Assembly: GCA_964016885.1 (NCBI GenBank)
Contig: OZ024748.1
Location: 55,242,001 to 55,306,000, forward strand
Reading direction: 5' to 3'
DNA from: Eledone cirrhosa
Lineage: Eukaryota
Length of the DNA stretch: 64,000 nt
Positions 1 to 14,130 of this stretch are shown piece after piece (the stretch's first letter is position 1; each line of letters opens with the position of its first letter). A program made the position numbers and the translations under genes. The notes beneath the pieces are model-generated. The model saw only the letters and a list, made by a program, of their open reading frames with translations. It did no database searches and was not told where the DNA came from.

Positions 1-34
<34 letters not shown>

Positions 35-98
35 ATAGTATTCTTTGCTTAACATTTAATTTATTTTAATAAATATATATATATATATATATATATAT

Positions 99-153
<55 letters not shown>

Positions 154-350
154 TGTGTTATATATATATATATATATCAATTGATGGGCGTGAGCCCGAA
201 ATATTGGGATTAAATCTCCACTGCGGTAACCCTTCTACCTTTGTTTTGTTTTCGTTTTTTCGTTTCTCTCAATTTTCACTTCTCTCCTATTTCTCACTCA
301 CTTCCTACCTCGAGATTTCCCATCTGCATTGTTGTGGCTTTCTAAAGTAC

Positions 351-399
<49 letters not shown>

Positions 400-716
400 G
401 TGGGATTAAAGAATAAGCGAAAGAGAACAGGTAGCAAGGTGATAAAAATAGGTAGATAGATAGATTGATAGAGGGAGAGAGGGACCGGGGGAGTAGGTTT
501 AAGGAATGTTTGTGGTGGATGTTTGTGAGAAAAAATGTCATGGTGGTTAGGGTGCATATATTATACCTCCTAATTTGCATTTTACAATAAAAAAACTTCA
601 TATTCTCTCAATGTTTCACTCAAAGATTGGCTGCCAAATCTAGTAATAATATTATAGTTATCTTTGTTTCTGTTGTTTACCTTAAGTTCAACCCTGACTA
701 TATCTATATACTTAGT

Positions 717-860
717 GAAGGCGCATGGCTTAGTGGTTAGAGCATTGGGCTTGAAATCGAAAGGTTGCGAGTTCAACTCTCGGACCGGGTGATGTGTTGT
801 TTACTTGAGCAAGACACTTTATTTCACGTTGCTCCAGTTTACTCAGCTGTAGAAATGAGA
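717..860 (+). mobile_element. tRNA-derived SINE, family 2
   Basis: A box tggcttagtggttag, B box gagttcaactc, body ttgagcaagacacttt. Confidence 0.7.
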
Positions 861-1216
861 TAATAGGACTGGGGTCCCTATCATTAAATCACCCAATACA
901 CCTCCAACGAGATATACCTTGGAGGAGGCCAGCTAAACCTGCATAGGTGAGCTGTAACAACAACAAGAACAATATCTATAAGCAGAGGCTTTCCAACTAC
1001 AGCAATCTAGTTATTCTCTCTGGCATTATCAATATAGGTTTACATTATCCAATGTTTTACTCTTGTTTCGAAGCGATATGGAGAAATTTAAGTAAATATA
1101 TGTCTGATATTTCTAGCAGGTCAACTAACTAAATAGAGCTCCACAAAGTATAAAATAAATTATGGAAATTTTAATATATTCTCTCTTGATTATATAAAGG
1201 TCTACTGTCACTGAGT

Positions 1217-1490
1217 GAAGGAGTGTGGTCTAGTGGTTAGGGTGCTGGACTTATGATCATAATATTGTGCGTTCGATTCCCAGACCAGGTAGCATGTTAT
1301 GTTTTTTGAGCAAAAGACTCCATTTCCCGCTGCTCCGCTGCACTTAGCTGTAAATGAGTGCCAACAGTGACTAGCAGTTAACTGTACGATGGATTGACAC
1401 CCTGTCTAGGAGAGGGTTTACTTTCAGCTACTGAGCGTCGATGAAACCGGTACAAGCGCTGGCTGGATGAACTTAGGGGCTTAGGACACC
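1217..1490 (+). mobile_element. tRNA-derived SINE, family 2
   Basis: tggtctagtggttag and gttcgattcc boxes with the same body. Confidence 0.65.
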
Positions 1491-1675
1491 AAAATATTTT
1501 CATAAATCAACCAAAAGATAAAATGACTACATCTGCAACATATTTCATCATAGATTTCCTCGATCACTCCAGACATAGAGGCAGCATGACAGAGATAATA
1601 CATGCATGTGTATCGTATCATTTACAAAAAACGTTTTGTGTATTTAAATGAAATATATTGTGTTTAACGCAGTGA

Positions 1676-2142
1676 ATTAGCAGTGTCATTAGAGAGTCGA
1701 ATAGATTGCTTTGTGGTATTCGGTCTGGATATCTGCCCTCTGAGTTCAAATCCCACAGAAGTAAACCTTTCCTTTCATCCTTTCGAGGTCAGTAAAAAAG
1801 TACCAGTCTAATACTGGGGTCGATTCATCCTCTGTATGTCTTTCTCACTTCCTCTTTTTATCCTTGAGTAGAATAAATCGGCCGTACTTAGGTCTGGAGA
1901 GGATTAGGCTCCAGCAGGTTTAAAATGCCTAAGAAAAACCGTATGTCAATAAGACTCCATCAGGAGTTTCATGACCATACTATATTATGTTTAAGGCGTA
2001 GAATTGGCATAGTCATTAAAATGTTGGATAGAATGCTTCGCAGAATTCGCTCCGAATCTTTGGCCCTGTATTCAAATTATTCTGAGGTTATCTTTGCATT
2101 TCGTCCTTCCATATTTGATAAAGTATCACTCTAGTACTGGAG
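1676..2142 (+). mobile_element. Two diverged SINE family 1 copies (1676-1826 and 2003-2142)
   Basis: gagttcaaatccc plus the cctttcatcctttcgaggtc core. Confidence 0.55.
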
Positions 2143-3159
2143 AAATATCTTCCTCTCTCTTTCTCAATCTCTGGAAGATATCGGCAGTGTTCAGACTCGA
2201 TGACGGATCAACTCCGCTAGGTTCAAATGCCTAAGACACGCCGTATATCATTACGCCGCCCATACTGTCGTTAAAAGCCAAAAGAAGGAATTTGTGTGTA
2301 ATGAAAAAGAAATGGTTGATTTCCATTTTCTTTTCTATAATTTGAGATATAACAGGAATATTTATCTCCAAGCTTTCAAATAATTATCCAAAATGAAGGC
2401 ACTGAGTCTGATAGTTCAACCAATATATTTACTAGAGATATAATAAGCCTGATTTACTACACTTAAGTCATTTCTTCCTTTCCTTTTCCTCTTTTTTCTT
2501 TCTTTTTGTTTGTTTTCACTTCCAAGAGTAATCTCATTTATTTCGTACTACTTAATTATACCATTCATCAATAAGATCTGATGCCATAAGTAATCTATGG
2601 ATTATCCATGTGCGATTTGGATGATTTACAAACTTCTTACGATACACTATTGCTACTAAGATAATAGCATTTACAACGTAAGTCAGAATCGTTCCTACTT
2701 TGGTAAGAACATTATAATCATATTAGTGATAGCCGAAGAATGGTGAACATTTAATTTATTTTATTCACACCGATACTTTCAAAATGTCTGTTTTTAAATT
2801 CACAGCCATAACATCTAGCTTTCAAGACATATTGCTATTTCTACAGACGGTTTGTTTCGTTAGCCTTCTAAACATTTCTTTTTGTTTACGAGTAACAGCT
2901 GTTGTATCAAATGAGTCATTTATTTATAGTTTTCTAACTAGAATATTCTGATAGCCGCAAATAAGGACAGAATAAAAAAAAAATGTTTAATTATTTACAT
3001 TTTATGAAAACTATACTCTTGCAAGCAAATGATGTGCCTATCAAATGTTAGGCTGGAAAATAAACAAGTGCATGCACACACAGACACAAACAAGCAAACA
3101 TACGCACATACATGTGTATATATATTTACATATTTGTAAATATATATAACTTACTGTCT

Positions 3160-3201
<42 letters not shown>

Positions 3202-3456
3202 TCATGTGTATATATATTTAAATATTTGTAAATATATATATCTTACTGTCTGCACACACACACCCACACACATACACAGCCACACCCACATACATACACA
3301 CACACACACACATACACACACACACCTACACACACATACACACACATATACACACACATACACACTCACTCATACATGTGTATATATATTTACATATCTG
3401 TAAATATATATAACTCTCTGCACACGCACACACACACGTACACACACACATATACA

Positions 3457-3506
<50 letters not shown>

Positions 3507-3909
3507 TGTGTGTATATATTTACATATTTGTAAATATATATATTTTACTGTCTGCACACACACACACACGCACATACACATACATACTGACACATACACA
3601 TACACACACAAACACACACACACATGCACACACACATATATATATTTATATGTGTGCGTGAGTCTGTGATATGTGTTACGTCATTGGGCACAGCATTTTA
3701 TTTTATGCTGCTCCAGTTCACTCTGCTTGCAAAAGAGAGTTATAAGTGTAATGTATAAAGTGAGATTTGTGACACTCCATCGCGATCATTTGACACTCAG
3801 AGTTACATTGAATCCACGTGTCTGTGTAATGCCCAGCCACTTACATGCTAATTTCATGAGCAGGTTATTCCGTTTTTTCGAATAACTGGAAGAAACGTCG
3901 ACGTGGTCT

Positions 3910-3955
<46 letters not shown>

Positions 3956-3956
<1 letters not shown>

Positions 3957-4118
3957 CGAAGGAAATGTGGTAAGGAACCAGGAGGACCATAACGCACCAA
4001 AGTACTCAATACTTAGGGTAGTAGAGTGGGTAATAGGAACGAGTAGGACCCCGACGGCTGAGCTCAAGCCGTTTCGACGGCTAATTCTGGACTTAGCCGT
4101 CGGGGTCCTATTCGTTCC
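3956..4118 (-). mobile_element. Fold-back PLE-like terminus, family A
   Basis: In (TA)n; homologous to 13236 and 20387; terminal hairpin with a deletion between agccgtc repeats. Confidence 0.65.
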
Positions 4119-4152
4119 TATATATATATATATATATAAATATACATATATA

Positions 4153-4238
4153 GGAAAAGGTTCAAGTCCCTATTACCCACCCTACTGCCCTAAGTATTGA
4201 GTACTCTGGTCCACCTGGTTTCTTACCACATTACCTTT

Positions 4239-4241
<3 letters not shown>
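4153..4241 (+). mobile_element. Truncated family A tail in opposite orientation
   Basis: Reverse-complement similarity to 3956-4035; TA-flanked. Confidence 0.6.
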
Positions 4242-4281
<40 letters not shown>

Positions 4282-4283
<2 letters not shown>

Positions 4284-4490
4284 CGTTTCTGAATTTGTTT
4301 AGCAGGATACTTTATCTGAAAACGAGTGTTGAAACCGATATTGTTATACTTTGGGAGGGTCATGTTGCCAATAAGAATAAATTGGAGTGAAAGAAACTGG
4401 TACGTGTGTTTCTTATTGGCAACATGACCCTCCCAAAATATAACAATATATAAAGAATCGGTGCTTTCACCCTTAACGGGATCTCCCTGG
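4282..4490. mobile_element. Fold-back insert, family B
   Basis: Inverted arms gggagggtcatgttgccaataag / cttattggcaacatgaccctccc; homologous to 21139. Confidence 0.6.
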
Positions 4491-4709
4491 ATATATATAT
4501 ATATATATAAGTTAAAACAATGAAATAAAAAATCAAGTCATTAGAGATATACTTCACTGCTTTACGATCGTTTCTTGATGATGATAATACATTGTAGCTA
4601 TACTTCGTTATTGATCTATGTAAGGTTAGTTACAAAATATCAGATAAAGAGAATATTTACTTACATGCATATCACCAGCTGTTTTCAAAAGCAACATATA
4701 TATATATAT

Positions 4710-4980
4710 CCAGGGAGTGTGACGTCGAGTTGCTGTAGGTTCACCCGGGTGAGCACTCGATGTTTAGTTTCACGTCTGTATCGAGGTGTAGAGCTTGACA
4801 GAGTGTAGTATAATAAAATAAAACAAGGACGAATGGTTACTTCTGTCATTACCACCAAAGAGGTCCGACGACCCTTTGATTACAGAGTCGGGCTAGATCG
4901 ATACAGATCGAACATTGAGCTTATCGGTGGTGAAACGCGCGTTACCAACCAAAAAACGTAATGAAAGAGTAACCATTCGT

Positions 4981-4984
<4 letters not shown>
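4710..4984. mobile_element. Partly inverted insert, family C
   Basis: aaggacgaatggttact / agtaaccattcgtcctt inversion; homologous to 37025-37240 and 50917-51095; GAAAC-gcgc-GTY motif. Confidence 0.6.
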
Positions 4985-5044
<60 letters not shown>

Positions 5045-5382
5045 AACGTGCAATACAGTATTTGCTTGTTTTCTTCTTTACATCGTCTAGCGTGGTTAGT
5101 TCGGGGTTTGGCTTCGTGGTGAACACTTGGAGTCATTTTGATCGTGTTGTTTCAATTTATTGATATGTCCCGGATGTGAATGGAAAGACGAGGTCATTAC
5201 TGTTGCATAACGGTTATCACCAAAATATATATAACAGTGATTATGTATAAATGAAGTGTATTATAATCCGTTGACTTGTATTTCATGATCATAATTATAC
5301 TCTGGGGTAAACAAACCCACTTGTGTAATTCATCGAGTGCTCTACCCTGCATACAAAAGTGTCCATGATACACTAGCACATA

Positions 5383-5453
<71 letters not shown>

Positions 5454-5523
5454 TATATACATATATATATATATCCATCACAATAGTACTCAAGTATCTG
5501 CGTTATGCCACTGTTTTGGCTGA

Positions 5524-5843
<320 letters not shown>

Positions 5844-5865
5844 TCTATCTATTTATCTCTCTCTT

Positions 5866-5902
<37 letters not shown>

Positions 5903-6061
5903 CTAAACCACTGAGTCATACACATGATATTAACTCAGGATGGTGAGAGTTGAAACAAATTATCGCACAGATTATTATGTCCATTGCACTATGTATTCTG
6001 CTGATCAAACATTTTGTGTAACACATTAATAATGGATGCTAATAGTTTATAATTTAAAAAG

Positions 6062-6260
6062 AAGGCCAGCAATCTGGGGCTTAACAGAACAGTCATTTAT
6101 GTCGTCACTAGTATTACATACAGTTATTTTAATTTGTCGAGTCCAGAAAGATGAAAGGCAAATTTGACCTTAGCAAAGATTTGATCTCAGAACCTAAAGA
6201 GCCGGAAAAATACCGCAAAGTAGATTTCGAGGGACTAACGATTCTGCCAATCCACTGCCC
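6062..6260 (-). mobile_element. SINE family 1, diverged
   Basis: aagatgaaaggcaaatttgacc...atttgatctcaga. Confidence 0.5.
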
Positions 6261-6739
6261 CTCTCCTTTCAGGTGGTAATATTAATCCTTATGCCATGCC
6301 AATAGTGGCTTCTTCAGGATGATTTTACATGTGTTGATCTCGGTGTCAAAATTCTGACCCTGCATTTGAACTGCTTGATAAAGTGGTTTAATCAGCTCAC
6401 CAAAAATTTGTGATCAAATCGGATTAACTTAGTATTAAGTTTTGTTGGGTCATTTCATATTCCAGAGGCTCTCCAAAGCTCTTTTATCTTACACTTTACT
6501 GAGTCATTAAGAGGTGTTTTACGATCACCATCTATTCAACTCTGTTTCTCTTCACTTTCCCATTATTTCTTTTACTTTCTCTCTCTGTAGTCATTTCAAT
6601 GCCTGTAACTTATACATTAACTAACGCTTTCTCTCGTCCCCCACCCCTATTGCCCGTCTCTTCATGTCTATCTTACACTTTTCACATTAAACGCAAGTTA
6701 TTGTTTATTTGTTTGTCTCAGTGACCCTATCGTTCCTGT

Positions 6740-7225
6740 CTCACCATCTCACACATACACTTTCTTACCATCTCTCTCACACAATTTCTTACCATCTCCC
6801 TCACACACTTTCTTACCATCTCCCTCACACACTTTCTTACCATCTCTCTCACACAATTTCTTACCATCTCCCTCACACACTTTCTTACCATCTCTCTCAC
6901 ACACTTTCTTACCATCTCTCTCACACACTTTCTTACAATCTCCCTCACACACTTTCTTACCATCTCTCTCACACACTTTCTTACCATCTCTCTCACACAC
7001 TTTCTTACCATCTCCCTCACACACTTTCTTACCATCTCTCTCACACACTTTCTTACCATCTCTCTCACACACTTTCTTACCATCTCTCTCACACACTTTC
7101 TTACCATCTCCCTCACACACTTTCTTACCATCTCCCTCACACACTTTCTTACCATCTCTCTCACACAATTTCTTACCATCTCCCTCACACACTTTCTTAC
7201 CATCTCTCTCTCACACACTTTCTCA
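6740..7225. repeat. 24-bp minisatellite, about 20 units
   Basis: Unit tttcttaccatctc(t/c)ctcacaca(c/a). Confidence 0.95.
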
Positions 7226-7304
7226 CTCAATCTCACCCTATCTATTGCTGTGCCTGTCATTTTCCTGATTTATCACACGTTCTTTTGGTCAATCTTCTTT
7301 TCAA

Positions 7305-7371
<67 letters not shown>

Positions 7372-7437
7372 CTCCCCACATTTTGTCTGAATTCGACATT
7401 ATAAAAATCAGTGTATCAAATTAACACTCGCACACAC

Positions 7438-7488
<51 letters not shown>

Positions 7489-8369
7489 TGTATATATAAA
7501 TGCATACACGCATACGCACGTACATAAATACACGCGTCATAATACTTCAAAGGGATGCGAAACAAGCTGTATGAAATAGTTGGTGAATAGTTTAACGTTT
7601 GTTCAGAGAAGCAGCTAAGATGTAACTAATCTGTTAATCCAACCGTAGCAATCAGCAACATATGTTCCAGCTTAATATTTCTCCATATATGTTTTTCATA
7701 GCTTATTTCTGGCGGATACTTAGTAGCTAATACCTTCAACTGGGGTACTTCTTTGCTGGCTCGATATTTATCGTTTTTGCCTTGCAAAATATCTCATCAA
7801 GCGTAAGATTTAAGGATCTAATAGACAAAGGGAATAAACGGGGAAGTCCGGAAAAGGTCGGAGATAAACATATAGACAGATAGACAGAGGGTGTAACGAG
7901 AGAGAAAGATATATATATAGAGAGATCTATAGAGATGTGAGTAAATAAACATATAGGCAGAGAGAAAGAGGGTCTAACGAGAGAGAACGATATAGAGAGA
8001 GATCTATAGAGATGTGAGTAAAGAGAAATAGTATGAGCGGTAAATATATACTGAGAGATTGAATTAGGTATATAAGGTGCTAGAGAGGGCAACACAGATA
8101 TATCTGGTCCTTAGCTCAGAGCTTAATGCTTAATTGACAAATATGTGCACATTAAGTGATTCGTTCGGACATTAATCGTTTCTAATCAGTTGACTCATAC
8201 CTAGTGTGGATTAATAGCAGAATCGGACATGTGTGTATGTAAGCAAGTAAAATCAAATGAACGTGATTCACTTGAGTAGCAGAGTACGCAACTACTTTAG
8301 GCTCAGCCAAAATTCTTTACCGTCTAATCATGTTTGTGTCATGCAGATGCTCACCCTGCAGCTGAATGT

Positions 8370-8404
<35 letters not shown>

Positions 8405-8421
8405 TGTAATAAACAACATAA

Positions 8422-8492
8422 AATAATTACCAAAGGTTTCACGAAGACAGACGAGCTTGACACTTACGTCTATCTTCAATCATCAGAACGAA
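8422..8492 (-). ncRNA. Hammerhead-like motif in a TA-flanked insert (8401-8581)
   Basis: Minus strand reads CTGATGA-ttgaagatagacg...cgtctgtcttcgt-GAAAC-ctttg-GTA. Strong helix II, weak helix I. Confidence 0.62.
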
Positions 8493-8594
8493 TTTATTAA
8501 AATGGAAATGAGATATGGATTTGAAAACAGAGTTTAGGATAAATGAAAGTTTAGGAGTTTGGTCTTCATAATTATTATTACTATATATATATAT

Positions 8595-8880
8595 ATTAGA
8601 AATTAGAAATTATAAGCTTTCACCGTATTTTAGACTAAAGAAATTTCTAGCCTGATAGTGGGGTTTATAACCCTCGGAGAAATGGAAAAAGATGAGTGTT
8701 GTCTCCCATGTACAGCAACACTCATCTTTTTCCATTTCTCCGAGGGTTATAAACCCCACTATCAGGCTAGAAATTTCTTTAGTCTAAAATACGGTGAAAG
8801 CTTATAATTTCTAATTTCTAATTTCAAACTCGCGCACCGTTTCAAAACACACTTACATGTTTACGTTTATAATTTGCTTG
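8595..8880. mobile_element. Fold-back insert, family E
   Basis: About 107-bp perfect inverted arms (8595-8701 / 8716-8823) plus an unpaired tail; TA-flanked. Confidence 0.7.
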
Positions 8881-9635
8881 TATATATATATATATATATA
8901 TATATATTTCAATCATATCTTATTTTGTTTGACCCATTTAGCCTGTTCGCTTTTTTGGCTCAGGTGTTTAATGGCTTCTTAACCATCGTCTCAGTTTGTA
9001 TGACTTTTTTAACTTATGTTTATAGCTCTGGTATCTTCATATCCATAGAGCGCTTGTCTACACAATACGGAAAATGCGTTTCGCTGATTTCTACCCGCCG
9101 AAATACGATTCTCGCTAAATTTATATTTGTATTAATCTCCCAAGTCAAGCGATTTTTTTGGCAATTTTTTTGGCTTTTTAGTTAATTCTATTGACTGATT
9201 AATCGCTTAAGTTTATTTTAAAAACAATTCGGCGAGAGCTTAATTCGTTTTGTGTTATCTTTGCAAATTTTTGCAATAACTACACATGCTGAATTCACTG
9301 GCCAAAATAGGGGTTTTCTCCCCTTAGAACCTCACATGTGCTTTCATAACCTGTGAGATTCTGGCGCACGAAGAACAAAATGCCTGTTGAGAAAGCGATG
9401 CCTTGTTCGATCATTATAACAAAAGCTTATTTTTTTATAACATTAAGAAAAATATTATAATTTAATCCTGTAACTTATTTGTACTTGTATGCGCTAAATT
9501 TCATATTATAACTTGTCGGCTCCTCTTAGCCTAGTTTTGTACAGTTGTCCGATTCCTTCAAAGAGTACCGCCACATAATTTGTTGTTATATATCATATAT
9601 ACCTTGTATATGTTTATCATATATATATATATACA

Positions 9636-9941
9636 TTTGAAAACAGGAAAAGAATGACTTCACTTGTAGTTCTAAACAATTTGATTTAATTTTATAATCG
9701 GACGCCATGCTTTGACGCATAGTTACGGCCCTTGCCATTCTGAGTTCAAATCCCGCCGAGGTTAACTTTGCCTTTCATCCTTACGGGGTCGATAAAATAA
9801 AGTACCAGTAATGCACTGGGTAATTACTGGCCTTGTGCCAAAAGTAGAAACAATTATAATATTATGAGTTGGTAATATTATAAAATTAAATCAAATTGTT
9901 TAGAACTACAAGTGAAGTCATTATTTTCCATTTTTCAAATA
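9636..9941. mobile_element. Fold-back insert with a SINE in its loop
   Basis: Arms at about 9636-9698 and 9877-9940 (aatgacttcacttgtagttctaaacaatttgatttaattttataat). Confidence 0.6.
9698..9860 (+). mobile_element. SINE family 1 (Meta-domain-like core)
   Basis: gagttcaaatcccgccgaggttaactttgcctttcatccttacggggtcgataaaataaagtaccag. Confidence 0.8.
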
Positions 9942-10077
9942 TACCTAACTGTACCAAGGATTTCACATATTTTCATATATATATATACATATAGATAGAT
10001 ATGTACGCGTATATATAATGATATACGGCCACCCAAACATGCATACAAACATACACACACACACCCATACAACATAC

Positions 10078-10120
<43 letters not shown>

Positions 10121-10784
10121 ACTTATATAGTGTACGTAATGAAGGCATGCCACTTAACGAATTACCGATCCAGACTGGATGATCGATATAGCACGTTTTA
10201 TTAATTTGTCTCACTAATAAAACTCTACTTAAAATTAGTCCTAACTCAAGATTTATGTAAAGTGTAATAGGTTCGATATTCAGAATGGTAACAAGGATAA
10301 CTGTCTAAAAAGACGATGAACATGGTGATGTTGACACGGATGGCCTCCACCTCTCTATCTTGTGATGGGCCTTCATCAGTTTCAACGAAGAATGTGCTCG
10401 TTGTTCGAACAACGGAATACCCTGATCATGAAATTATGTGAAACGTGGCTGAGATATCGATTGATAAGCGCACGTTAAACGGAGATCAATGGAGAAATCA
10501 CCGTGACACTATGTGGGAGACGGCTAACCGTTTGAATTACAGGTGCTACTTATTTGGGCCAGTTGAGTGAGTGGAGTAATGTGAAATGAAATAACTTACT
10601 CAAGGATACAGTTCTCCGCGATAAATCGAGCCGGAAACCTTAACCATTAAATCACAGGCCTTCGTATCTCTATAGTAACAGTAGCAATAACAAATACTAA
10701 TAACTTGGACAAAAAAAAACAAAAAAACCGCTATATATAAACACAAATAGTATGTATTTCTAGCATTATTTCTAGGATTATGTT

Positions 10785-10976
10785 GGACTGGAAGTATCGG
10801 TAGAGGGTCTAACGCCAGGCTTTGACGCATAGAGTTACGGCCCTTGCCATTCTGAGTTTAAATCGCGCCGAGGTTAACTTTGCCTTTCATCCTTATGGAT
10901 GTACCAGTAATGTAATAAAGTACCAGTAATGTACTGGTTAATTGCTGGCCTTGTGCCAAAAGTAGAAACAATTATT
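10785..10976 (+). mobile_element. SINE family 1
   Basis: Same core and ggccttgtgccaaaagtagaaacaatt tail. Confidence 0.78.
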
Positions 10977-11281
10977 TCTAGGATTGCAACAAGAGAGCAA
11001 TAGCATAAATAACATTAGGAGTACACGATGTGCTTATAAAGATTTAAAAACAATATGCCACAAATTGGAAAATATCTGTACCGATCTAACTACCTATCTA
11101 TATTTGGGTGTATATATATATATGTATATATGAGCATATATTAGGTGGGTATATATATATATATATAAAGTGTGTGTGTGTGTGTGTGTACAAACATTAT
11201 TGAGTTTGTGTATTTGTACGATATATATATATATATATATATATATTCACACGCTATTGAGTTTGTGTATTTGTACAATAT

Positions 11282-11374
<93 letters not shown>

Positions 11375-12008
11375 GTGTGTGTGTGTGTGTGTATGCATCT
11401 ATTTATCTATGTGTGTGTGTAATATATAAACACATGCAATGTCACGTATTTATGATCAGGCGGTATAATGACTAAAGTCATGTTTCAGTTTGGTCAAGTG
11501 ATATTGAGATTAACGATGCAGTTTGTGTCCAGTGCTTCGGTCATGTGTCACCAGTTAGTCCAGCCAAAAAGAACCAGCCAAGTGTAAAACTAATGAAAAA
11601 TAAATGAAAAAATAATCACGTAAATGTATTTCAAGTACATTCTGTTATAATGAGTGGAATACCAGCACATATATGTACGTACTCCGGCATACAAACGTAT
11701 GCCTGAATGTATGTATGTATATATGCATGTATTCTTAAATATGCATTTATAGATAAATGCATACATGCACACTCACACACACATATATATTTATGTAAAT
11801 ATATATGTGTAAATATATATATATATGAGTTTTTTTTTATGAAAAAAAAAAAACGAGATGTCCTACACGAGTGAAAGTATAAGGAAAAAAGATGAAATAG
11901 AAAATGCAACTGGAGTCTTTTTAAGAATATTTATTTGTTCTTTACCGGTTTCACTGTTCTTATGCTTTGCAAAAGTATAATTGAGATAGATTTTGTGGTT
12001 TTTCTGGC

Positions 12009-12049
<41 letters not shown>

Positions 12050-12050
<1 letters not shown>

Positions 12051-12490
12051 GATATTAAATAAATGGAAACTATATTTATAAAACCATATTTATTTCATTA
12101 TATATATTTCAGGGATATCATATTAAAAATATGTTATGCCTTCTTCAGACAAAATACAATATAAACAGTCTTATAAATAGATAGATTCGACATACCTTTC
12201 AACTTCGACTTCCATTTGAAAAGTTGATTTGGTAGATTTCAAATGGAAGTCGAAGTTGAAAGTATGTCGAATCTATCTATTTATAAGACTGTTTATATTG
12301 TATTTTGTCTGAAGAAGGCATAACATATTTTTAATATGATATCCCTGAAATATATATAATGAAATAAATATGGTTTTATAAATATAGTTTCCATTTATTT
12401 AATATCGTAAATATACTCCAAATACTTGAGTGCTTTTATATCAGTTATAAATATTTACTCGTTGTAACCCAACAATTTAAATAAAACTTT
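12050..12490 (+). mobile_element. Fold-back HHR-bearing PLE-like terminus, family D
   Basis: About 170-bp inverted arms, each with a hammerhead, plus an unpaired 3' tail; TA-flanked. Confidence 0.75.
12301..12370 (+). ncRNA. Type I hammerhead ribozyme (mirror copy on the minus strand at about 12090-12156)
   Basis: attttgt-CTGAAGA-agg...cct-GAAA-tatata-TA-atgaaat: canonical core and a palindromic TA helix III. Confidence 0.75.
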
Positions 12491-12518
12491 GCATATATAT
12501 ATATATATATATATACAC

Positions 12519-12662
12519 ACTAGAAGAGGAAGACCAAGGTTAACGTATGTTGATGCCCTAAGGACAGACACTGGTCTGTTGGAGATGCAGGACATGGCAG
12601 CGATAATGAGGGACAGAGACCGCTGGAGAGAACTCGTCCATGGATCTCGGGAATTTTACCCG

Positions 12663-12666
<4 letters not shown>
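12519..12666 (+). mobile_element. RTE LINE 3' fragment
   Basis: RRGRPRLTYVDALRTDTGL...MRDRDRWRELV. Confidence 0.7.
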
Positions 12667-12701
<35 letters not shown>

Positions 12702-12936
12702 CATACATGAAATACGTGGATACGGTAGATACATATCTGTAATGGTCCGTAAAATTGTCTTTAGGCTTTATGCATTTAACTATTGACTTCACTGTTATGA
12801 GATATAGAAAACATAGTCTATCAGTGATTTTGAACTTCGATCATATCCGTAAATTCGTCAACCTTCTGCTACTGCATCTATGCAACACACAACCAAACAC
12901 TTGCAATCATATATATATATATATATATACATACAT

Positions 12937-12968
<32 letters not shown>

Positions 12969-13054
12969 CTATATATATCCATACAAATATATATGTATAT
13001 GTATGTATATATATGTAAATATGCATGTCTACACACGCACACACACACACACAC

Positions 13055-13425
<371 letters not shown>

Positions 13426-13867
13426 TATATATATATATATATATATAGCAGCAGGTGTGTTTTATTGGCAACAAGATTCAAATTAAATTGTATACATTTG
13501 CAAAAAAGAATAAAGAAAAGAAGAATAAAAGAATAACAAGAAAATATGTAATTGGATGGGAGGTTGAATGTAGAATTATTAATTTCTATGTCATCCAATA
13601 CATATATCAAATATAATACAACTTACACCCTTGATGAGCGAATGGATATATTAACTAGGAGAGTCACTAAATGAAAACAGACTCTAACACTTATGGGTGA
13701 TACGCAGCAGTATCATAATTTAGGCACGGAATCAGCAGGAAAGCTAAAACGTATAGTTTCTGTCAACATTTACCATCTATGGACCATTAGAAATTTGTAT
13801 GTATGTATGTATGTATGTATGTATGTATGTATGTATGTATGTATGTATGTATGTATGTATGTATGTA

Positions 13868-14130
13868 TGACACAACACCTTTCTAAGAGAGGGAAACACT
13901 GAACAAAAAAACCGGTGACTTCGGAAACATCCGATGATGCTGACCCGTTCTCCTTTTCGGGTACCGTTTTCGATGCTCAGAGTGGGATTGATCAAGTGCA
14001 AGGCCTTTCCACACTTAAAACAACCTTCAAAGCACAGGCATTGCTTGTTCAGGATCTGTTACAGGTTCGTGTGGCTGGCCATAGTCCAAATGTGCACCAA
14101 ACTCTATAATCTGTGAAGCGATTACAATAC
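13868..14130 (+). mobile_element. Related RTE-type UTR fragment
   Basis: gagtgggattgatcaagtgca...gcacaggcattgc, similar to 27290-27360; follows (ATGT)n. Confidence 0.45.

Noticed and set aside
180-212. gggc-gtga-gccc-gaaa hairpin as a hammerhead
   Set aside because: No intact CTGANGA or helix III.
717-790. tRNA genes
   Set aside because: The A/B boxes run into SINE bodies and there is no clean cloverleaf.
6709-7404. 231-aa repetitive ORF or CRISPR-like array
   Set aside because: It is a 24-bp minisatellite with no unique spacers, open on both strands.
10340-10385. CTGATGAaggcc on the minus strand
   Set aside because: No downstream GAAA/UH to complete an HHR.
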